A DNA stretch of 64,000 nucleotides from a candidate division FCPU426 bacterium (GTDB lineage: Bacteria; Oederibacteriota; Muellerivitia; Muellerivitales; Muellerivitaceae). Positions within the stretch are counted from its first letter, which is position 1; each line of letters starts with the position of its first letter. Both the position numbers and the translations under genes were made by a program. Shown piece after piece: positions 1 through 9,184 of the stretch. The notes under the pieces are model-generated. The model had not been told where the DNA came from. It was given only the letters and a program-made list of their open reading frames with translations, and ran no database searches. The DNA is taken from assembly GCA_963847625.1 (NCBI GenBank), contig CAWKAR010000041.1:21138-85137 (forward strand), read 5' to 3'.

Positions 1-2
1 GA

Positions 3-1598
3 TTTTTCATATTTACGCTTTCCCTTCTGTCCTTGATTTCCTTTTACCTCACCGCAAATCTCTTCTTCCGGAAAACCCTTTCGTTCTTGTGCTTTTCTTT
101 ATTCTGTTTCGGGTTTTGGCCTCTTTTTACTTTTAAGTTTGTTTATTACTTTTCCGCGGCTCTTTTATTCCAAATACTGGCCTTTTGGGCGCTGGGATCA
201 TGCCTTCGTTCCAATCCCGCTTCAATTGGCTTCGCACTATTGCTCAGTATTTTATTGGGCTTGGGTTTGTGGGTCTCCATTTCCTGGCCGTTGCTTTTGT
301 TGATGGTCATTGTGCCTTTTGTCTTGAAACGGAAGGCATTTTTTCTTGAGCACGGGTTTTGGGTTTCCCTCAGCCCTTTGGGTCTTTTCCTCGGGGTGTT
401 TTTGGCCTGCTTATTTTTTGAAAACAACCTCCAACATATCCGTTGGCTTTTAGTGAACGAATCAACGACAAATGTCTATGGACGATTGCCAAGCCTGTTT
501 TCAAATTGGACGACACTTTTCTGGGAAGGGCATCCTCACAATTCGCTCGGGCCGTCCTGGGGAGGGATTCTGAACCCCCTCGAGGGAGCGGCCTGTTTAT
601 TAGGAATCCTGGAATTGATCAAATATAGAAAAAACAGATTTTCCCAATGGTTGATGGCTGCGGCGATGGTATTTGCTATTCCGGGCTTGTTAACCAACAA
701 TTATGAGTCTTTCCATAATCACCTTCTTCTGCCCGTTCTCATTGGAGTATGTGCTTTGGGAATCCAAGCTGTGCTTTTGGAACTGCCTAAGCCTTTTAGA
801 TGGATCCTGCTTTTGATTTTTTTTCTATTCTCCGCGTCCCTTAATGCTTTTCATATCCTTCAATCCGACAATCCGGCTGTTTATTCGGAGGATGTTTGCC
901 AGCGAGCCTACCGAATATTAAACCACCATGCCAAAACCTTTGGGCCGGGCTTGGTTTTTCAGGATATGGACTTGAATATGGATGACCAAACACTGACCCT
1001 GGCGTCGTATCACTGGAATGCCGCTCAAAATCAAAAGTTGGATCCTTTCCGCGTTCACTGGTCCGCTGTAATCGTTAATTCAAATTATAAATATTTTTTA
1101 TCCCGTCGTTTCCCCGATATCCAGTGGTATTCGCTGGGCCCGGACGCTGTTTGGAACCTAGGAGGCCTTCTGTTGGCGATCATTCCCCAGACCCGTTCTA
1201 ATGAAGGTGACATGCGGGAGTGGAATTTGTTCAATCTCAAATTACACGGCGTCACAACGCGATTCTTCTTCGACCATAGTGCATCTCAAACAAAATCTAT
1301 TTTTTCCCAACTTTTGGAATTGGAGGACCAGGCCGGGAAAGACCCATTTTTGGAATCTATTTTTTGCGAGAAGGTCATTTTCTATCTGCGGAATTCCGAG
1401 AATCCCCTCAACTTGTTGCCCTGGATTCAAAAAGCTGTCCAAAAGGGATATCCCGCGCCCCACCTTTTGGTGGCGGAAGGGCTTCTCCTTCAAGCGTTGG
1501 GAAATCATAGCCAGGCCAAAGCCGCCTTCCAAAAGGCGGTCCAATGCCCTTTGAATGACACCCGGGCCAAAGATTTACTGGCGGCATTAAGCCGTTAA
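3..1598 (+). CDS. Multi-pass membrane protein, probable GT-C (PMT/GT39/ArnT-like) glycosyltransferase with C-terminal TPR-like helices; 5'-truncated by the window edge
   Basis: Frame is open from position 3, upstream of the track's TTG at 33. Many hydrophobic helices, then a soluble domain and a TPR-like end (LLVAEGLLLQALGNHSQAKAAFQKAVQ). Family is inferred from architecture. Confidence 0.5.
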   Translation, partial: FFIFTLSLLSLISFYLTANLFFRKTLSFLCFSLFCFGFWPLFTFKFVYYFSAALLFQILAFWALGSCLRSNPASIGFALLLSILLGLGLWVSISWPLLLLMVIVPFVLKRKAFFLEHGFWVSLSPLGLFLGVFLACLFFENNLQHIRWLLVNESTTNVYGRLPSLFSNWTTLFWEGHPHNSLGPSWGGILNPLEGAACLLGILELIKYRKNRFSQWLMAAAMVFAIPGLLTNNYESFHNHLLLPVLIGVCALGIQAVLLELPKPFRWILLLIFFLFSASLNAFHILQSDNPAVYSEDVCQRAYRILNHHAKTFGPGLVFQDMDLNMDDQTLTLASYHWNAAQNQKLDPFRVHWSAVIVNSNYKYFLSRRFPDIQWYSLGPDAVWNLGGLLLAIIPQTRSNEGDMREWNLFNLKLHGVTTRFFFDHSASQTKSIFSQLLELEDQAGKDPFLESIFCEKVIFYLRNSENPLNLLPWIQKAVQKGYPAPHLLVAEGLLLQALGNHSQAKAAFQKAVQCPLNDTRAKDLLAALSR

Positions 1599-1721
1599 AA
1601 TCAGGATTGTTGCAGGTGTTTTCGGGCTTAACTTTAATTGAATGACACTTATTGCGAAATCCTCGTCTAATGAAGCGCTAAACCTTTTCATCAACAACTC
1701 CCAACACCAGGAGTATCCATC

Positions 1722-2762
1722 ATGAAAAAAATCCTTTTGCGGGCGGCCGGGTTGTGCTTATTGGCAACCCTGGCCGAAAGCTGCATGCACGGCTCGGTCC
1801 GGATGAACGCGGCCCCCACTTCCCTGGTGTCCCTCCGGGTCCAGGGAAACCATTTTGTGGATGCGAACGGAAACACGGTGGTCCTCAAGGGCCTGAACCT
1901 CTGCTATCCCTCCATCCTCCAGCGGGAAGGCCATTGGTCGGAGGATTACTTCAAACAAGCCGCGTCCTGGGGCGCGCGGCTGGTACGCGTTCCCATCGAT
2001 CCGGGCAGTTACAGGAAAATCGGCAAGGAAAAGTACCTGGCCGTGCTCGACCAGGCGGTGGAATGGTCGAAATCACAGGGGATGTACGTGATGGTCGATT
2101 GGCATTCCATCGGCAATCCTATTTCCGGGATTTTCCAGGAACCATGGCAGGAAGAAATGCGGACAACCTTGCCGGAAATGAAGGAATTCTGGGCCGCGGT
2201 CGCGGACCGGTATAAGGACGAGCCGGCCGTGGCCTTTTACGAGATTTTCAACGAGCCGGCCGCCATGGATTGGAAAGGCGGGCATTTGGCCTGGTCCCAA
2301 TGGAGGGACATGGCGGACGGGATCATCGACGTCCTATACGCCCACAATCCCCGGGCCATCCCCGTGGTGGGGGGCCTCCAATGGGCCTACGACCTGAAAG
2401 GCGCCGCCGCCGAGCCGCTGCGAAACCGGGGGATCGCATTCGCGGCCCACCCCTATCCCGGCCACGCGCCCAAGGCGGTTTGGGAGGAAACCTGGGAAAA
2501 GGATTTTGGGTACCTGGCCAAGGATTATCCGGTGATATTGACCGAGTTCGGCTTCGACCCCCATGACACGGTGATGCCGAGCGTCTATCAGGCCGATACG
2601 GATTATGGCCGCCGCATCCTGGCCTTCGCGAAAGAAAGGGGCATGTCCTGGACGGCGTTCGTTTTCTACAACGGCCCGGGTTGGCCCATGCCGCTCTTCA
2701 AGGACTGGAACTATACTCCCACCGAATCAGGATCTTTTTTCAAGGAGATGCTGAACCAGTAG
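1722..2762 (+). CDS. Glycoside hydrolase family 5 (cellulase-like), exported, possibly a lipoprotein
   Basis: AGGAG RBS; signal peptide ending ...LAESC; LRVQGNHFVDANG, VMVDWH, FYEIFNEP (acid/base), AHPY and ILTEFG (nucleophile) motifs. Confidence 0.9.
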   Translation: MKKILLRAAGLCLLATLAESCMHGSVRMNAAPTSLVSLRVQGNHFVDANGNTVVLKGLNLCYPSILQREGHWSEDYFKQAASWGARLVRVPIDPGSYRKIGKEKYLAVLDQAVEWSKSQGMYVMVDWHSIGNPISGIFQEPWQEEMRTTLPEMKEFWAAVADRYKDEPAVAFYEIFNEPAAMDWKGGHLAWSQWRDMADGIIDVLYAHNPRAIPVVGGLQWAYDLKGAAAEPLRNRGIAFAAHPYPGHAPKAVWEETWEKDFGYLAKDYPVILTEFGFDPHDTVMPSVYQADTDYGRRILAFAKERGMSWTAFVFYNGPGWPMPLFKDWNYTPTESGSFFKEMLNQ

Positions 2763-2791
2763 CGCCATCGCTTAAAAGGGGACCAGCGCTT

Positions 2792-5020
2792 TTATTGACT
2801 CGAAAGGTATCCCGCGCAGAACACAAGCGCAGCGGTTTCGGAGGTTTCCCCCTCGTTGGAGGCCCAGGAGCCGTTCGTGTTGTTGGCGTCCACGAAACAC
2901 TTGGCGGGCGGAGTGCCTCGGTTGATGACGGAAACCAACAGGGTATCGGCTCCCGTGGGATATTCATTGGGTCCGCCTGAAACCCAGCCAGGCATGAGTT
3001 TCCCATAGTCATGGCTGGTCCAGTGCCAGGGATGCGCCGTGGAGCGGGTCCCATGGCCAGTGACGAAGGAAAAGCCCAGGCTGTTCTCGCCCAACAGCCA
3101 GTCCATTTGCCTCAGGGCCGCCTCGCGGTACAGGGCGTTGCCCGTGGCCTCGAAACCAAAAAGAAGCAGGTTGGCCTTGTCCAAAAGGTTTTCGTTGGAT
3201 TCCCACCAATACTCGTTTGCCGCCTGGACCACGCCGTAGCCGTTAGCCTGGGACGCCTTTACCAGGCTGTCGCAAGCCTCGGCAAGCGCCTTTTGGATCC
3301 CCTCCTTCAAGGGAGCCGGTGCCTTCGGGTCAAAACACAGGGCCATGTAGCCGAAAAACTGGGGTTCCATCCAACTGCCCTGTTTGAGATTTCCCAACGG
3401 TGCCTCCTTCCCGAAACGTTCCAGCAATTGGGGGTCCCCGGTCACCCGGGCCATTTCCCCCAGGGCCCAGATTTTTTCCTGGGAAGGATCCGTGTCCAGG
3501 TAGTCGGTATCGCGCTCGACCACGTTCGGGTTTTGCTCCAGCCATTTCCATGCTTTGTTGGCGGCCGCGAGGCACTTGCGAGCGTAGGCGGGGTCGGCCT
3601 CGCGGAAGGCCCGGGAGGCCAGGCACAGGGTCCCCACGAAGTCGGCCGCGTCGATGGTTCCGGGTTTCTTGTAGTACCGGGGAAAAGGGTCCTTTTCCGG
3701 CACGGTCCCGACGCAAAAGTGGTCTTCCGCGTCCACCTTGTGCAGGACGCTTCCGTCGGGCCTTTGCATCTTGAGCATCCAGTCCAAGCCCCACCTGGCC
3801 TGGTTGAGCAGGTCGGACATTCCATTGGAGGACTCCGGGATATTGATCTTCAAGCCGGCCATCTGTTTTTCCTTGAACTCGTAAAGCCACAGTATCCAGG
3901 AACAGCTGAGGCCCTCCTCCAGCACCCACTTGCCGTAATCGTCCGCGTTATGCCACCCGCCGGTTAGGTCTAGGACCTTGCCGTCCTCGTGGGACGGCGC
4001 GTCCTTCAGGTGGCAGGGCGGATGCTTGATGCCGGTCACGGGATCGTCAATGGCGGTGCCGCAACGGATGACGTAAAAGGACCGCAGGGCGTCCTTGAAG
4101 AGTGGAAGATAGACCGAGGGGCCGACCTCGAAGGGCTGGGACTTGAGGCCGCCCACTTCCACGGTGTAACGGCCCGGACGGGTCAGGCCCGAAAAATCCA
4201 CCTGGAAGACCTTCTCGCCCGTGGAGGGCGTGTCGTCCACCGCGTCCATGCGCAGGGTTCCGGTATAGGCTGTCTTGCCCGCCTCGTCCAGGATCTTGAA
4301 ACGGTCGCCCAGTTGGGGGCCGCCCTGGAATTGGGTGAGGGCGAAATATTTTTCAGCGTCCGGCAGGTAGCCCTGCTGGTTGACCTTGGGTTCCTTGAGG
4401 ATGGGATTGGCCTCGGGTGGCTTCAGGCTCGCCTCGGCCTTCTTGTAAAACTCGATGCCGTCCACGCAGATATAGCCCTTGGAACCGGCCGAGCCTCCCG
4501 CGGACCATTGGACGCCGGTGACCTGGGTGGGGTCCCAGGGTTTGTGGGTGCCCCAGGTCTGGACCAACTGGGAAAAGGGAAGCTCGTACAATTTCCATTC
4601 GGGGGTGAACTCGATAGGGAAGCTGTAGTGGTTGTACTCAGCGCTGGTGGAAGTGAGGGGGACCTGGCAGTTCCAAAAGCCCTCCCCCTTGGCAAAAAAC
4701 CGAACCCCCTCGTATTCCGAGAGGTCGGTGGCCTTGAAAGTGGTGTTCATGCCGGCGTAGGGATACTGGATCCCGGTTTTGAGCTCGTATTCCACCTTGG
4801 CGCAACGGGCGGACTGGTACCCCCCCTCAGTAAAGGCGAAGGGCTTCGGGAGGATGGTGGAGTATTGGTCGCACCAGGAGGACCAGACCCCTCCCAGGGG
4901 ATTGGAATTGGCCGTGCCCTGGCAGTCGTCCACCAAAAGGGAGGCGGGGGAGGGTCGGGTTAAGAACAATAGGGGAATGGAAATAAACAAAAAATTTCTA
5001 AACAGGAAATGAAAACGCAT
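2792..5020 (-). CDS. Glycoside hydrolase family 9 with N-terminal CBM11/CIA30-like domain and Ig-like (CelD_N) domain
   Basis: GGAGG RBS before ATG at 5020; signal peptide; DLSEYEGVRF...WKLYELPFSQL (CBM11-like); KVNQQGYLP (CelD_N); LDLTGGWHNADDYGK, LGENSLGFSFVTGHG, ASNE (GH9). Confidence 0.88.
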   Translation of the reverse strand: MRFHFLFRNFLFISIPLLFLTRPSPASLLVDDCQGTANSNPLGGVWSSWCDQYSTILPKPFAFTEGGYQSARCAKVEYELKTGIQYPYAGMNTTFKATDLSEYEGVRFFAKGEGFWNCQVPLTSTSAEYNHYSFPIEFTPEWKLYELPFSQLVQTWGTHKPWDPTQVTGVQWSAGGSAGSKGYICVDGIEFYKKAEASLKPPEANPILKEPKVNQQGYLPDAEKYFALTQFQGGPQLGDRFKILDEAGKTAYTGTLRMDAVDDTPSTGEKVFQVDFSGLTRPGRYTVEVGGLKSQPFEVGPSVYLPLFKDALRSFYVIRCGTAIDDPVTGIKHPPCHLKDAPSHEDGKVLDLTGGWHNADDYGKWVLEEGLSCSWILWLYEFKEKQMAGLKINIPESSNGMSDLLNQARWGLDWMLKMQRPDGSVLHKVDAEDHFCVGTVPEKDPFPRYYKKPGTIDAADFVGTLCLASRAFREADPAYARKCLAAANKAWKWLEQNPNVVERDTDYLDTDPSQEKIWALGEMARVTGDPQLLERFGKEAPLGNLKQGSWMEPQFFGYMALCFDPKAPAPLKEGIQKALAEACDSLVKASQANGYGVVQAANEYWWESNENLLDKANLLLFGFEATGNALYREAALRQMDWLLGENSLGFSFVTGHGTRSTAHPWHWTSHDYGKLMPGWVSGGPNEYPTGADTLLVSVINRGTPPAKCFVDANNTNGSWASNEGETSETAALVFCAGYLSSQ

Positions 5021-5253
5021 TAATGGACCTCCTGGAATGAGGGCGGTTTCATGAACTATGGACATCGCCTATTAGACGGTAATTTGAGTCGTAGGTGTCG
5101 GGAAATTTTTCCGGGGATTCAACCGCGGCCACGCTTTAAAAATGCCCTTCTTCCCTTGCTTGCCGGGGCGTCCCCTCATTATGATGCCTCTCATTCAATC
5201 CCTGCCGTAAAGCCGTTAAGGTAATCCCATTCTTTCGGACCGGGGGAGGGTTC

Positions 5254-6186
5254 ATGGCCGGATTGGCCGATCAAGAAACCAATAACACACTGGATACCGC
5301 GGGCGTCGCGGCCGGCATCCGCCGGCGGGTCCTGGAACACACCCTCCGCAACAACGGGGGTTACCTGAGCCAGGCCTGCTCCTCGGCCGAGATCCTCGCC
5401 ACGCTTTACACCCGCGTCATGAAATTGGGTCCTGTGCCTGTCCCCATCAAACCCGCCCCCTTCGCGGGCGTGCCTGGCGACGGCAATCCCGATTACCGCC
5501 GGGGCGACTTCTACAACGGCCCGAAAGGGAAGGATCTGGACCGGTTCATCCTTTCCCCCACCCACTATTCCCTCGTGCTTTACGCCACGCTGGTGGAGAC
5601 CCGCCGCATGGACGAGGAGGGTTTCAAGGATTTCAACAAGGACGGCGGCATCCTGGAGATGATCGGCGCCGAGCATTCCCCCGGCATGGAAGTCATGACC
5701 GGCTCCCTCGGCCAGGGCATCAGCCAGGCCGCGGGCATCGCCTTGGCCCGACGGCTCAAGGGCGACACCGGCAAGGTCTGGGTCTTCATGTCCGACGGCG
5801 AGCTCCAGCCGGGCCAGGTCTGGGAAGCCCTGCAAACCATGAGCTATTACAAGCTGGACAACATGGGAATCTACGTGGATGTGAACGGCCAGCAATGCGA
5901 CGGAAAAACTTCCGACGTCATGGGTTTGGAACCCCTCCAGGCGCGCTTCGAGGCCTTCGGCTGCGCCGCCTACCGGGTCAACGGCCATGAACCCTCGCAA
6001 CTGGCCGCCCCCGCCCTGGCGCCCCATCCGGGCAAGCCCCTGGTGGTGCTTTGCGACACGATCCCCTGGAAGGGCATGGACCCCTTGAAGAGCCGGGCCC
6101 CTAAATTCCATTACATGCGCTTCAACAGCCCCGGGGAGCGAAAGACCTACGAGGAATACCTCAAGACCCTGCCGGGAGGGGGCTGA
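5254..6186 (+). CDS. Transketolase-like protein, N-terminal (ThDP-binding) subunit
   Basis: DRFILS, TGSLGQG, SDGELQ...VDVNGQQCDG ThDP motif; GGAGG RBS. Confidence 0.9.
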   Translation: MAGLADQETNNTLDTAGVAAGIRRRVLEHTLRNNGGYLSQACSSAEILATLYTRVMKLGPVPVPIKPAPFAGVPGDGNPDYRRGDFYNGPKGKDLDRFILSPTHYSLVLYATLVETRRMDEEGFKDFNKDGGILEMIGAEHSPGMEVMTGSLGQGISQAAGIALARRLKGDTGKVWVFMSDGELQPGQVWEALQTMSYYKLDNMGIYVDVNGQQCDGKTSDVMGLEPLQARFEAFGCAAYRVNGHEPSQLAAPALAPHPGKPLVVLCDTIPWKGMDPLKSRAPKFHYMRFNSPGERKTYEEYLKTLPGGG

Positions 6187-6188
6187 CC

Positions 6189-7196
6189 ATGGAAATCCTC
6201 TCCCGGGTGCACGCCAAGAAACTGGTGGAATGGGCTTTCGACAAGCCCGAGGTGGTGGTGTTTTCGGCTGACCTGACCTCCTCCAGCGAGGCGGACCTGT
6301 TCAAGAACGCCTATCCCCAGCGGTTCTTCTCACTCGGCATCGCCGAGCAGAACATGATGAGCTTCGCGGGCGGCATGGCCCGGGAAGGCTTTGTGCCCCT
6401 CGTGCACACCTTCGCGGTCTTCATCTACCGGCGCGCCTACGACCAAGTGGCCATATCCATTGCCTATCCCAACCTGCCGGTCAAGATGTTTGGGTTCCTG
6501 CCGGGCATCCTTTCCCCAGGCGGTGCCACCCACCAAGCCATCGAGGATATTTCACTCATGCGGTCCCTGCCGAACATGACGGTGCTGGAGGTGGGGGACG
6601 CCACGGAGGCGGAGTCGGTCCTGGAAACGGCCTACCGCGTGCCGGGCCCCGTTTACGTGAGGGCCCTTCGGGGGGAAGTGCCCCGCCTTTTCAACGCCTC
6701 GGAACCCATGGTGCTGAACAAGGCGAGGCGCCTGAGCACGGGCCAGGACCTCGCGCTCTTCACCTCCGGCATCTGCACCGAGGAAGCGTGCAAAGCCGTC
6801 GAGGTGTTGAAGGCCAAGGGGGTGTCCATCGAGCACCTTCATGTTTCCACCCTGAAACCCTTCACGGACCCCCAGGTCGTGGAGGCCCTATCCAAAGTAA
6901 AACTGGGCGCCATCACCCTGGAAAACCACACGATCATCGGCGGGCTGGGCACCTCGGTGGCCGAGGTCATCGCCGAAAAGGGGCTTAAATGCAAACTGGT
7001 CCGCATGGGCATCCAGGACCGGTTCCTCCACGGCGCCAGCCGGCCCACCCTGGCGAAAGAAAATAAGATGGACGGCTTGTTTTTGGTCCGGGAAATTGAA
7101 AGTATTACGGGGAAGTCCTTTGGGATCACCCGGGAAGACCTGGGGTCGGTGCACCTGACCCCCGTCCACAGTGATTCCAAGGCGGAGGCGCTTTAA
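6189..7196 (+). CDS. Transketolase-like protein, C-terminal (pyrimidine-binding + C-terminal) subunit
   Basis: SADLTSS, FFSLGIAEQNM, GATHQAIEDI, STLKPF, ENHTIIGGLG motifs; coupled to the upstream subunit. Confidence 0.92.
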   Translation: MEILSRVHAKKLVEWAFDKPEVVVFSADLTSSSEADLFKNAYPQRFFSLGIAEQNMMSFAGGMAREGFVPLVHTFAVFIYRRAYDQVAISIAYPNLPVKMFGFLPGILSPGGATHQAIEDISLMRSLPNMTVLEVGDATEAESVLETAYRVPGPVYVRALRGEVPRLFNASEPMVLNKARRLSTGQDLALFTSGICTEEACKAVEVLKAKGVSIEHLHVSTLKPFTDPQVVEALSKVKLGAITLENHTIIGGLGTSVAEVIAEKGLKCKLVRMGIQDRFLHGASRPTLAKENKMDGLFLVREIESITGKSFGITREDLGSVHLTPVHSDSKAEAL

Positions 7197-8404
7197 TGGC
7201 TGAACCCCATCCTTGCAGCATTGAATTCTGCTCCAACTGCGACCGGTTCGGGGCCTGGTATCGCCTGACCGGAGACCGGCAAGAGGCCCTCACCAAGGCA
7301 AACGACCTTTGCCTGGAACAAACCGTGGAATTTCCCGCGGACCTGGTGCCGGAGGGTTTCATCAAGGACCATGTGATCGGCCAGGTTGCGGAATTCGGGC
7401 CGGACCCCAGCGCTCCGGGGGAAGCCTCCAGGGCCCTCATCACCTTCCTGAACGACGACACCGGATTCGAGCTCACCCAGGTTTTGAACGTTCTCTACGG
7501 CAACATCAGCCTGAAGAAGGGATTCCGGCTGGACCTCATCAAGGACTGCCGGAATTTCTGGAACCGTTTCAAAGGCCCCCGGTTTGGCCGGGAAGGCCTG
7601 AGGAAGTTGCTGGGTGCGCCTTCAAGGCCGCTCCTGGCCACGGCCATCAAGCCTATGGGGCTTTCCGCAACGAAGTTGGCCGAATTGGCCGGGCATTTCG
7701 CCGCGGGCGGAATCGATCTGGTGAAGGACGACCACGGGCTGGCCAACCAGCCTTTCGCGGCATTCACCGAGCGGGTCGAGCGTTGCGTTGAGGCTGTCCG
7801 GCAGGGATCCAAAAAATCCGGAAAGACCGTGCTCTATGCGCCCAACATCACGGCTCCCGCCGGGGAGCTGGAAGAGAGGGCCTGGTTCGCCATGGAAAAG
7901 GGGGCGGGCGCCCTCTTGATCTGCCCGGGTTTGACCGGGTTTGATTCCATGAGGAAATTGGCCGGCGACGATTCGCTTAACCTGCCCATCCTGGCCCACC
8001 CGGCCTTCCTGGGAAGTTTCGTTACCAGTCCCGATAACGGCATCTCCCACTTCGCGCTTTTCGGCCAGCTCATGCGCCTAGCCGGCGCCGACGCCACTAT
8101 TTTTCCCCATAGCGGGGGACGATTCGGTTTCAGCACGGAGGAATGCCGCCGGATTTCCTTGGGGGTCGAGATGCCCATGGGACACATGAGGCCGATTTTT
8201 CCCATGCCGGGCGGGGGCATGAGCCTTCATCGGATACCCGAATTGCTGGAGTTCTACGGCAACGAGGTTATCTTCCTGATAGGCGGCGACCTGGTCCGCC
8301 AAAGCGCCGATATCGAGGGGAACTGCAAAAAGTTCCGGGATGAGGTCGAGAAAAATTTCAAGATCCAGAACGTCTATGAAAAGTCAAAAAAAGCCGGCGG
8401 TTAA
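7196..8404 (+). CDS. RuBisCO-like protein (form IV RLP)
   Basis: CLEQTVE, FKGPRFG, AIKPMGLS, GGIDLVKDDHGL, LAHPA, PMPGGG motifs; start overlaps the upstream stop (TAATG). Confidence 0.92.
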   Translation: MAEPHPCSIEFCSNCDRFGAWYRLTGDRQEALTKANDLCLEQTVEFPADLVPEGFIKDHVIGQVAEFGPDPSAPGEASRALITFLNDDTGFELTQVLNVLYGNISLKKGFRLDLIKDCRNFWNRFKGPRFGREGLRKLLGAPSRPLLATAIKPMGLSATKLAELAGHFAAGGIDLVKDDHGLANQPFAAFTERVERCVEAVRQGSKKSGKTVLYAPNITAPAGELEERAWFAMEKGAGALLICPGLTGFDSMRKLAGDDSLNLPILAHPAFLGSFVTSPDNGISHFALFGQLMRLAGADATIFPHSGGRFGFSTEECRRISLGVEMPMGHMRPIFPMPGGGMSLHRIPELLEFYGNEVIFLIGGDLVRQSADIEGNCKKFRDEVEKNFKIQNVYEKSKKAGG

Positions 8405-8442
8405 GCGGGGGAGAAAAGGTTTTTTTGCTTTTTGAGCAAGCT

Positions 8443-8667
8443 TCAAGGGTTCGCGGAGCGGAGAATCAATTGCGCCCGGTCGAACTGGTTCGGAAACAAA
8501 TCGGGCGGTACTTTTTCGGGGCCGAGTTTGGCCGCCACCATGAAGCGGGCGCAATTCTCGAATTCCGACTTGCAAAATCTTTGTTTGTATAAGGTGCTTA
8601 CCGCGGGCATGTTGGCCATCTGGTCGTTGAAAAAGATACACTTCGGAAGTCTTTGACACTCGGGCAT
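8443..8667 (-). CDS. Small Cys-containing hypothetical protein (C-x5-C...C-x6-CAR...VPPDLFPN)
   Basis: AGGAGG RBS before ATG at 8667; 74 aa with four spaced Cys, a pattern typical of small conserved anaerobe proteins. Confidence 0.7.
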   Translation of the reverse strand: MPECQRLPKCIFFNDQMANMPAVSTLYKQRFCKSEFENCARFMVAAKLGPEKVPPDLFPNQFDRAQLILRSANP

Positions 8668-8793
8668 TTTGGACCTCCTTTTCAATCTGTTTCTTCCATC
8701 CCTCGCTTAAAATCACTTTAAAACCCAACTGAACGATAAACAAGTGGATAAACCTACGCTTTTCACAATTATCAGCCGAAATAAAATTTAAAA

Positions 8794-8828
8794 TTGACAT
8801 TTATAAGAATATTAGTATTATCTTATAT
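8794..8828 (+). promoter_or_regulatory. Sigma70 promoter with overlapping ArsR-type operator
   Basis: TTGACA (8794-8799), 16 nt, TATTAT (8816-8821); imperfect palindrome ATATTAGTATTATCTTATAT (8809-8828). Confidence 0.65.
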
Positions 8829-8845
8829 ATGAAGGGACGAATAGA

Positions 8846-9130
8846 GTGAAAACAGCCCATATCCATCAAGCGGCGCACTGCGTGAAGGCCATCGCGCATC
8901 CGATCAGGCTTTCGATCCTGTCGATGCTGGCCGAAGGGGAGAAGAACGTGCAGGAGCTGACCCGGGGCGTGGGGACCAGCCAATCCAACATCTCCCAGCA
9001 CCTGTTTCAGATGCGGGCCCGGAACATCGTGGTGACACGCCGGGAAGGCAATATGGTTTATTACTCGATCCAAAACCCGAAACTACTCAAGCTCATCGAG
9101 CTGATGCGGGAAATTTTCTGTGAGGGTTGA
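8846..9130 (+). CDS. ArsR/SmtB-family repressor (BigR/SqrR/YgaV-like)
   Basis: KAIAHPIRLSIL...SQSNISQHL...RREGNMVYYSI winged HTH; C-terminal IFC. Confidence 0.92.
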   Translation: MKTAHIHQAAHCVKAIAHPIRLSILSMLAEGEKNVQELTRGVGTSQSNISQHLFQMRARNIVVTRREGNMVYYSIQNPKLLKLIELMREIFCEG

Positions 9131-9146
9131 TTTTTTTTACCCATCT

Positions 9147-9166
9147 ATATTAGAATATATTAATAT
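9147..9166. promoter_or_regulatory. Second copy of putative ArsR operator
   Basis: ATATTAGAATATATTAATAT (ATATTA-N8-TAATAT); 14/20 identical to 8809-8828. Confidence 0.55.
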
Positions 9167-9184
9167 ACTTAAAAGGAACTGGAA

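Noticed and set aside
3011..4963. Plus-strand 318- and 324-aa ORFs (and similar antisense ORFs at 5191-6111, 18127-19161, 24549-25613)
   Set aside because: Antisense to well-supported genes in GC-rich coding DNA; no recognisable motifs.
7196..8404. Bona fide CO2-fixing RuBisCO / Calvin cycle
   Set aside because: KDDH motif and form IV features; no small subunit or phosphoribulokinase nearby.
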